Part shown: in pieces, positions 54,590 through 64,000 of the stretch
Position numbering within the stretch: position 1 is the stretch's first letter
Layout: each line of letters starts with the position of its first letter
Source: Eledone cirrhosa
Taxonomy: Eukaryota
Length of the DNA: 64,000 nucleotides
Direction of reading: 5' to 3'
Assembly (NCBI GenBank): GCA_964016885.1
Contig: OZ024742.1
Coordinates: 168,950,001-169,014,000 of the forward strand
Program-made: the position numbers and the translations under genes
Notes under the pieces: generated by a model
The model's database searches: none
What the model was told of the DNA's origin: nothing
The model's input: only the letters and a program-made list of their open reading frames with translations

Positions 54590-57500
54590 TTGGCTGGCTG
54601 GAAATTATCTCCCCTTGGAGGCTGGAATTTATCTCCCCTTGGACGGCTAGAAATTACCTCTCCTTGGACGGCTGGAAAATATTTCTCCTTGGACGGCTGG
54701 ATATTATCTACCCTTGGACGGGTGGAAATTATCTCCCCTTGGACGGCTGGAAATTATCTCCCCTTGGACGGCTAGATATTACCTCCCCTTGGACGGCTGG
54801 AAATTATCTCCCCTTGATTTTTTTTACAAATTATCTCCCCCTGATTTTTTTTTTACAAATTATCTCCCCCTGATTTTTTTACAAATTATCTCCCCCTGAT
54901 TTTTTTTACAAATTATCTCCGCCTGATTTTTTTAAATATTATCTTCCCTTGGCTGGCGGGAAATTATCTCCCCTTGGACGGCTGAAAATTATCTCCCCTT
55001 GGACGGCTGGAAATTATCTCCCCTTGATTTTTTTTACAAATTATCTCCCCCTGATTATTTTTTACAAATTATCTTTCCCTGATTTTTTTTTACAAATTAT
55101 CTCCCCCTGATTTTTTTTACAAATTATCTCCCCCTGATTTTTTTACAAATTATCTCCCCTTGGCTGGCTGGAAATTATCTCCCCTTGGTGGCTGGAATTT
55201 ATCTCCCCTTGGACGGCTGGAAATTATCTCTCCTTGGACGGCTAGTAATTACCTCTCCTTGGACGGCTGGAAAATATGTCTCGTTGGAGGGCTGGAAATT
55301 ATCTCCCCTTGGACGGCTGGAAATTATCTCCCCTTGGACGGCTGGAAATTATCTCTCCTTGGACGGCTAGAAATTACCTCTCCTTTGACGGCTGAAAATT
55401 ATCTCTCCTTGGACGGCTGGAAATTATCTCCCCTTGGACGGCTAGATATTACCTCCCCTTGGACGGCTGGAAATTATCTCCCCTTGATTTTTTTTACAAA
55501 TTATCTCCCCCTGATTTTTTTTACAAATTATCTACACCTGATTTTTTTACAAATTATCTCCCCCTGATTTTTTTTACAAATTATCTCCGCCTAATTTTTT
55601 TAAATATTATCTTCCCTTGGCTGGCGGGAAATTATCTCCCCTTGGACGGCTGAAAATTATCTCCCCTTGGACGGCTGGAAATTATCTCCCCTTGATTTTT
55701 TTTACAAATTATCTCCCCCTGATTTTTTTTTACAAATTATCTCCCCCTGATTTTTTTTTACAAATTATCTCCCCCTGATTTTTTTTTACAAATTATCTCC
55801 CCCTGATTTTTTTTACAAATTATCTCCCCCTGATATTTTTTACAAATTATCTCACCCTGATTTTTTTACAAATTATCTCCCCTTGGCTGGCTGGAAATTA
55901 TCTCCCCTTGGAGGCTGGAATTTATCTCCCCTTGGACGGCTAGAAATTACCTCGCCTTGGACGGCTGGAAAATATGTCTCCTTGGACGGCTGGAAATTAT
56001 CTCCCCTTGGACGGCTGGAAATTATCTCCCCTTGGACGGCTGGATATTATCTACCCTTGGACGGCTAGATATTACCTCCCCTTGGACGGCTGGAAATTAT
56101 CTCCCCTTGATTTTTTTTACAAATTATCTCCCCCTGATTTTTTTTTACAAATTATCTCCCCCTGATTTTTTTTTACAAATTATCTACCCCTGATTTTTTT
56201 TTACAAATTATCTCCCCCTGATTTTTTTTACAAATTATCTCTCCCTGATTTTTTTTTACAAATTATCTCCCCCTGATTTTTTTTTACAAATTATCTACCC
56301 CTGATTTTTTTTTACAAATTATCTCCCCCTGATTTTTTTTACAAATTATCTCCCCCTGATTTTTTTACAAATTATCTCCCCCCGATTTTTTTTACAAATT
56401 ATCTCCGCCTAATTTTTTTAAATATTATCTTCCCTTGGCTGGCGGGAAATTATCTCCCCTTGGACGGCTGAAAATTATCTCCCCTTGGACGGCTGGAAAT
56501 TATCTCCCCTTGATTTTTTTACAAATTATCTCCCCCTGATTATTTTTTACAAATTATCTCCCCCTGATTTTTTTTTACAAATTATCTCCCTCTGATTTTT
56601 TTTACAAATTATCTCCCCTTGGCTGGCTGGAAATTATCTCCCCTTGGAGGCTGGAATTTATCTCCCCTTGGACGGTTAGAAATTACCTCTCCTTGGACTG
56701 CTGGAAAATATGTCTCCTTGGACGGCTGGAAATTATCTCCCCTTGGACGGCTGGAAATTATCTCCCCTTGGACGGCTGGAAATTATCTCTCCTCGGACGA
56801 CTAGAAATTACCTCTCCTTGGACAGCTGAAAATTATCTCCCCTTGGACGGCTGGAAATTATCTCCCCTTGATTTTTTTTACAAATTATCTCCCCCTGATT
56901 TTTTTTTACAAATTATCTCCCCCTGATTTTTTTTTACAAATTATCTCCCCCTGATTTTTTTTACAAATTATCTCCCCCTGATATTTTTTACAAATTATCT
57001 CCCCCTGATTTTTTTACAAATTATCTCCCCTTGGCTGGCTGGAAATTATCTCCCCTTGGAGGCTGGAATTTATCTCCCCTTGGACGGCTAGAAATTACCT
57101 CGCCTTGGACGGCTGGAAAATATGTCTCCTTGGACGGCTGGAAATTATCTCCCCTTGGACGGCTGGAAATTATCTCCCCTTGGACGGCTAGATATTACCT
57201 TCCCTTGGACGGCTGGAAATTATCTCCCCTTGATTTTTTTTACAAATTATCTCCCCCTGATTTTTTTTTACAAATTATCTCCCCCTGATTTTTTTTTACA
57301 AATTATCTACCCCTGATTTTTTTTTACAAATTATCTCCCCCTGATTTTTTTTACAAATTATCTCTCCCTGATTTTTTTTTACAAATTATCTCCCCCTGAT
57401 TTTTTTTTACAAATTATCTACCCCTGATTTTTTTTTACAAATTATCTCCCCCTGATTTTTTTTACAAATTATCTCCCCCTGATTTTTTTTACAAATTATC

Positions 57501-59300
57501 TCCCCCTGATTTTTTTACAAATTATCTCCCCCCGATTTTTTTTACAAATTATCTCCGCCTAATTTTTTTAAATATTATCTTCCCTTGGCTGGCGGGAAAT
57601 TATCTCCCCTTGGACGGCTGAAAATTATCTCCCCTTGGACGGCTGGAAATTATCTCCCCTTGATTTTTTTACAAATTATCTCCCCCTGATTATTTTTTAC
57701 AAATTATCTCCCCCTGATTTTTTTTTACAAATTATCTCCCTCTGATTTTTTTTACAAATTATCTCCCCTTGGCTGGCTGGAAATTATCTCCCCTTGGAGG
57801 CTGGAATTTATCTCCCCTTGGACGGTTAGAAATTACCTCTCCTTGGACTGCTGGAAAATATGTCTCCTTGGACGGCTGGAAATTATCTCCCCTGGGACGG
57901 CTGGAAATTATCTCCCCTTGGACGGCTGGAAATTATCTCTCCTCGGACGACTAGAAATTACCTCTCCTTGGACAGCTGAAAATTATCTGCCCTTGGACGG
58001 CTGGAAATTATCTCCCCTTGATTTTTTTTACAAATTATCTCCCCCTGATTTTTTTTTACAAATTATCTCCCCCTGATTTTATTTTACAAATTATCTCCCC
58101 CTGATTTTTTTTACAAATTATCTCCCCCTGATATTTTTTACAAATTATCTCCCCCTGATTTTTTTACAAATTATCTCCCCTTGGCTGGCTGGAAATTATC
58201 TCCCCTTGGAGGCTGGAATTTATCTCCCCTTGGACGGCTAGAAATTACCTCGCCTTGGACGGCTGGAAAATATGTCTCCTTGGACGGCTGGAAATTATCT
58301 CCCCTTGGACGGCTGGAAATTATCTCCCCTTGGACGGCTGGAAATTATCTCCCCTTGGACGGCTAGATATTACCTCCCCTTGGACGGCTGGAAATTATCT
58401 CCCCTTGATTTTTTTTACAAATTATCTCCCCCTGATTTTTTTTTACAAATTATCTCCCTGATTTTTTTTTACGAATTATCTCCCCCTGATTTTTTTTTAC
58501 AAATTATCTCCGCCTGATTTTTTATTAAAAATTATCTCCCCTTGAACGGCTGGAAATTATCTCCCCTTGGACGGCTGGAAATTATCTCCCCTTGGACGGC
58601 TAGAAATTACCTCTCCTTGGACGGCTGAAAATTATCTCCCCTTGGACGGCTGCAAATTATCTCCCCTTGATTTTTTAACAAATTATCTCCCCCTGATTTT
58701 TTTTTACAAATTATCTCCCCCTGATTTTTTTTTACAAATTATCTACGCCTAAGTTTTTTTACAAATTATCTCCCCCTGATTTTTTTTTACAAATTATCTC
58801 CCCCTGATTTTTTTTCAAAAATTATCTCCCCCTGATTTTTTTTTACAAATTATTTCCCCCTGATTTTTTTACAAATTATCTCCCCCCTGATTTTTTTTAC
58901 AATCTCCGCCTGATTTTTTAAAAAATTATCTTCCCTTGGCTGGCGGGAAATTATCTCCCCTTGGACGGCTGGAAATTATATCCCCTTGGACGGCTGGAAA
59001 TTACCTCCCCTTGGACAGCTGGAAATTATCTGCCCTTGATTTTGTTTTTACAAATTATCTCCCCCTGATTTTTTTTACAAATTATCTCCACCTGATTTTT
59101 TAAAAAATTATCTCCCCTTGGACGGCTGGAAATTATCTCCCCTTGATTTTTTTACAAATTATCTCCCCCTGATTTTTTTTACAAATTATCTCCCCCTGAT
59201 TTTTTTTTTACAAATTATCTCCCCCTGATTTTTTTACAAATTATCTCCCCCTGATTTTTTTTACAAATTATCTCCGCCTGATTTTTTTAAATATTATCTT
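54590..59300 (+). repeat. Repeat of segment ~40539-45220 at +14051/+14079
   Basis: 40539/54590, 41109/55160, 41832/55883, 42568/56619, 42980/57031 and 43718/57769 all differ by 14051. The offset becomes 14079 after one extra B monomer. Confidence 0.85.
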
Positions 59301-62300
59301 CTCTTGGCTGGCGGGAAATTATCTCCCCTTGGACGGCTGAAAATTATCTCCCCTTGGACGGCTGGAAATTATCTCCCCTTGATTTTTTTTACAAATAATC
59401 TCCCCCTGATTTTTTTTTACAAATTATCTCCCTGATTTTTTTTTACAAATTATCTCCCCCTGATTTTTTTTTACAAATTATCTCCCCCTGATTTTTTTAC
59501 AAATTATCTCCCCTTGGCTGGCTGGAAATTATCTCCCCTTGGAGGCTGGAATTTATCTCCCCTTGGACGGCTAGAAATTACCTCTCCTTGGACGGCTGGA
59601 AAATATGTCCTTGGACGGCTGGATATTATCTACCCTTGGACGGCTGGAAATTATCTCCCCTTGGACGGCTGGAAATTATCTCCCCTTGGACGGCTAGATA
59701 TTACCTCCCCTTGGACGGCTGGAAATTATCTCCCCTTGATTTTTTTTACAAATTATCTCCCCCTGATTTTTTTTTACAAATTATCCCCCCCGATTTTTTT
59801 TACAAATTATCTCCCCCTGATATTTTAACAAATTATCTCCCCTTGGACGGCTGGAAATTATCTCCCCTTGGACGGCTGGAAATTATCTCCCCTTGCACGG
59901 CTGGAAATTATCTCCCCTTGGACAGCTGGAAATTATCTGCCCTTGATTTTGTTTTTACAAATTATCTCCCCCTGATTTTTTTTACAAATTATCTCCACCT
60001 GATTTTTTAAAAAATTATCTCCCCTTGGACGGCTGGAAATTATCTCCCCTTGGCTCGAAATTATCTCCCCTTGGACGGCTAGAAATTATCTCTCTTTGGA
60101 CGGCTGGAAATTATCTCCCTTTGATTTTTTTACAAATTATCTCCCCCTGATTTTTTTTACAAATCTCCCCCTGATTTTTAAAAAAAAATTATCTCCCCTT
60201 CGCTGGCTGGAAATTATCTCCCTTTGGACACTGGAAATTATAGCCCCTTGGAGGGCTGGAAATTATCTTCCCTTGGACGGCTGGAAATTATCTCCCCTTG
60301 ATTTTTTTACAAATTATCTCCCCCTGATTTTTTTTTACAAATTATCCCCCTCGATTTTTTTTACAAATTATCTTCCCCTGATTTTTTTTACAAATTATCT
60401 CCCCTTGGACGGCTGGAAATTATCTCCCCTTGGACGGCTGGAAATTATCTCCCCTTGGACGGCTAGAAATTACCTCTCATTGGACGGCTGAAAATTATCT
60501 CCCCTTGGACGGCTGGAAATTATCTCCCCTTGATTTTTTTACAAATTATCTCCCCCTGATTTTTTTTTACAAATTATCTCCCCCTGATTTTTTTTTTACA
60601 AATTATCTCCGTCTGATTTTTTTTTAAAGTTATCTCTCCTTGGACGGCTGGATATTATCTCCCCTTTCATTTTTTTTACAAATTATCTCCCCCTGATATT
60701 TTTTACAAATTATCTCCTCCTGATTTTTTTTTTACAAATTATCTCCCCCTGATTTTTTTACAAATTATCTCCCCCTGATTTTTTTTACAAATTATCTCCG
60801 CCTGATTTTTTTAAATATTATCTTCCCTTGGCTGGCGGGAAATTATCTCCCCTTGGACGGCTGAAAATTATCTCCCCTTGGACGGCTGGAAATTATCTCC
60901 CCTTGATTTTTTTTACAAATTATCTCCCCCTGATTTTTTTTTACAAATTATCTCCCCCTGATTTTTTTTTACAAATTATCTCCCCCTGATTTTTTTTACA
61001 AATTATCTCCCCCTGATTTTTTTTACAAATTATCTCCCCCTGATTTTTTTACAAATTATCTCCCCTTGGCTGGCTGGAAATTATCTCCCCTTGGAGGCTG
61101 GAATTTATCTCCCCTTGGACGGCTAGAAATTACCTCTCCTTGCACGGCTGGAAAATGTCTACTTGGACGGCTGGATATTATCTACCCTTGGACGGCTGGA
61201 AATTATCTCCCCTTGGACGGCTGGAAATTATCTCCCCTTGGACGGCTAGATATTACCTCCCCTTGGACGGCTGGAAATTATCTCCCCTTGATTTTTTTTA
61301 CAAATTATCTCCCCCTGATTTTTTTTTACAAATTATCTCTCCCTGATTTTTTTTTACAAATTATCTCCCCCTGATTTTTTTTTACAAATTATCTACCCCT
61401 GATTTTTTTTACAAATTATCTCCCCCTGATTTTTTTTACAAATTATCTCCCCCTGATTTTGTTTACAAATTATCTCCCCCTGATTTTTTTACAAATTATC
61501 TCCGCCTGATTTTTTTTACAAATTATCTCCGCCTAATTTTTTTAAATATTATCTTCCCTTGGCTGGCGGGAAATTATCTCCCCTTGGACGGCTGAAAATT
61601 ATCTCCCCTTGGACGGCTGGAAATTATCTTCCCTTGATTTTTTTTACAAATTATCTCCCCCTGATTGGACAGCTGAAAATTATCTCCCCTTGGACGGCTG
61701 GAAATTATCTCCCCTTGATTTTTTTTACAAATTATCTCCCCCTGATTTTTTTTTACAAATTATCTCCCCCTGATTTTTTTTTACAAATTATCTCCCCCTG
61801 ATTTTTTTTTACAAATTATCTCCCCCTGATATTTTTTACAAATTATCTCCCCCTGATTTTTTTACAAATTATCTCCCCTTGGCTGGCTGGAAATTATCTC
61901 CCATTGGAGGCTGGAATTTATCTCCCCTTGGACGGCTAGAAATTACCTCGCCTTGGACGGCTGGAAAATATGTCTCCTTGGACGGCTGGAAATTATCTCC
62001 CCTTGGACGGCTGGAAATTATCTCCCCTTGGACGGCTGGAAATTATCTCCCCTTGGACGGCTAGATATTACCTCCCCTTGGACGGCTGGAAATTATCTCC
62101 CCTTGATTTTTTTTACAAATTATCTCCCCCTGATTTTTTTTTACAAATTATCTCCCCCTGATTTTTTTTTACAAATTATCTCCCCCTGATTTTTTTTTAC
62201 AAATTATCTCCCCCTGATTTTTTTACAAATTATCTCCCCCTGATTTTTTTTACAATCTCCGCCTGATTTTTTTAAAAATTATCTTCCCTTGGACGGCTGG

Positions 62301-64000
62301 AAATTATATCCCCTTGGAAGGATGGAAATTATCTCCCCATGGACGGCTGGAAATTATCTCCCCTTGGACGGCTGGAAATTATCTCCCCTTGGACAGCTGG
62401 AAATTATCTGCCCTTGATTTTGTTTTTACAAATTATCTCCCCCTGATTTTTTTTACAAATTATCTCCACCTGATTTTTTAAAAAATTATCTCCCCTTGGA
62501 CGGCTGGAAATTATCTCCCCTTGATTTTTTTACAAATTATCTCCCCCTGATTTTTTTTACAAATTATCTCCCCCTGATTTTTTGTTACAAATTATCTCCC
62601 CCTGATTTTTTTACAAATTATCTCCCCCTGATTTTTTTTACAAATTATCTCCGCCTGATTTTTTTAAATATTATCTTCCCTTGGCTGGCGGGAAATTATC
62701 TCCCCTTGGACGGCTGAAAATTATCTCCCCTTGGACGGCTGGAAATTATCTCCCCTTGATTTTTTTACAAATTATCTCCCCCTGATTTTTTTTTACAAAT
62801 TATCTCCCCCTGATTTTTTTTTACAAATTATCTCCCCCTGATTTTTTTTTACAAATTATCTCCCCCTGATTTTTTTTTACAAATTATCTCCCCCTGATTT
62901 TTTTACAAATTATCTACCCTTGGCTGGCTGGAAATTATCTCCCCTTGGAGGCTGGAATTTATCTCCCCTTGGACGGCTAGAAATTACCTCTCCTTGGACG
63001 GCTGGAAAATATGTCTCCTTGGACGGCTGGATATTATCTACCCTTGGACGGCTGGAAATTATCTCCCCTTGGACGGCTGGAAATTATCTCCCCTTGGACG
63101 GCTAGAAATTACCTCTCCTTGGACGGCTGAAAATTATCTCCCCTTGGACGGCTGCAAATTATCTCCCCTTGATTTTTTTAACAAATTATCTCCCCCTGAT
63201 TTTTTTTTACAAATTATCTCCCCCTGATTTTTTTTTACAAATTATCTACGCCTAATTTTTTTTACAAATTATCTCCCCCTGATTTTTTTTTACAAATTAT
63301 CTCCCCCTGATTTTTTTAAATATTATCATCCCTTGGCTGGCGGGAAATTATCTACCCTTGGACGGCTGAAAATTATCTCCCCTTGGACGGCTGGAAATTA
63401 TCTCCCCTTGATTTTTTTTACAAATTATCTCCCCCTGATTTTTTTTTTACAAATTATCTCCCCCTGATTTTTTTACAAATTACCTCCCCCTGATTTTTTT
63501 TACAAATTATCTCCGCCTGATTTTTTTAAATATTATCTTCCCTTGGCTGGCGGGAAATTATCTCCCCTTGGACGGCTGAAAATTATCTCCCCTTGGACGG
63601 CTGGAAATTATCTCCCCTTGATTTTTTTTACAAATTATCTCCCCCTGATTATTTTTTACAAATTATCTTTCCCTGATTTTTTTTTACAAATTTTCTCCCC
63701 CTGATATTTTTAACAAATTATCTCCCCCTGATTTTTTTACAAATTATCTCCCCTTGGCTGGCTGGAAATTATCTCCCCTTGGAGGCTGGAATTTATCTCC
63801 CCTTGGACGGCTGGAAATTATCTCTCCTTGGACGGCTAGTAATTACCTCTCCTTGGACGGCTGGAAAATATGTCTCGTTGGAGGGCTGGAAATTATCTCC
63901 CCTTGGACGGCTGGAAATTATCTCTCCTTGGACGGCTAGAAATTACCTCTCCTTGGACGGCTGAAAATTATCTCTCCTTGGACGGCTGGAAATTATCTCC
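59300..64000 (+). repeat. Diverged, non-periodic part of the array
   Basis: Many variants not seen upstream (TTGCACGG, GGAAGGATGG, CCCCATGG, TTATCATCC, CCGTCTGA) and cassette orders absent upstream. Confidence 0.8.

Larger units (their letters stand above)
1..64000 (+). repeat. Composite tandem satellite array of 25-bp (A) and 26-29-bp (B) monomers sharing a 13-bp core; runs off both window edges
   Basis: AAATTATCTCCCC or a close variant recurs every ~21-29 bp throughout. It is followed by TTGGACGGCTGG (A) or (C/T)TGA-T7-10-AC (B). No inversion or unique insert seen. Confidence 0.99.

Noticed and set aside
27-63964. About 200 plus-strand ORFs with repeats such as GRLEIISPWTAGNYLPLDGWKLSPL and DFFYKLSPP, up to 279 aa
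   Set aside because: The 25-bp A monomer has no stop in any + frame, so the same peptide appears in all three frames. Most starts are the TTG of the repeat. Frames shift with T-tract length (279 vs 271 aa from one T). The minus strand has TAA in each core, which explains the strand bias.
1-64000. CRISPR-like constant repeat with intervening spacers
   Set aside because: The core is only 13 bp and the 'spacers' are 12-16 bp of just two types rather than unique. No leader or cas genes are present.
1-64000. Telomerase-type or template-switching reverse-transcriptase product (25-bp unit, G-runs on minus strand)
   Set aside because: It matches no telomere repeat I know. Kilobase-scale copies sharing private variants indicate DNA-level duplication rather than monomer-by-monomer synthesis. 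A subtelomeric location is not excluded.
1-64000. G-quadruplex or i-motif from C4-C5 tracts
   Set aside because: The tracts are separated by ~21-23 nt, well beyond typical loop lengths, so stable folding is not supported by sequence alone.
1-64000. Replication-origin iterons or DnaA boxes (TTATC...)
   Set aside because: The core does not match TTATCCACA. Iteron clusters have few copies beside a rep gene, and none is present.
1-64000. Transposon insertions, inversions, rRNA or tRNA genes
   Set aside because: No non-satellite stretch and no reverse-complement core (GGGGAGATAATTT) were seen on the + strand.

Overview
The whole 64 kb window is one head-to-tail satellite DNA array of roughly 2,400 monomers, all in one orientation. 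I find no credible gene, RNA gene, mobile element or unique sequence. Two monomer types share a 13-bp core, AAATTATCTCCCC. Type A is core+TTGGACGGCTGG (25 bp, ~52% GC). Type B is core+CTGA-T(7-10)-AC (26-29 bp, ~30% GC). A and B occur in alternating blocks with position-specific variant monomers. The blocks build ~0.4-1.7 kb cassettes (my labels X,P,Q,R,S,T,U plus a 3-monomer linker L), 1.12 and 1.27 kb dimers, and higher-order repeats (HORs) of 7.06, 6.20, 5.79, 5.76, 4.89 and 3.77 kb. There is also a 2.39 kb tandem duplication and a 14.05 kb-spaced repeat. Three domains are visible: X-containing HORs (1-~40 kb), U-containing HORs (~40-59.3 kb) and a diverged, non-periodic zone (59.3-64 kb). 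All listed ORFs are artefacts of the stop-free 25-mer. The architecture resembles eukaryotic (peri)centromeric or subtelomeric satellite, but I do not recognise the family or organism. All comparisons were made by eye and from ORF-track offsets.
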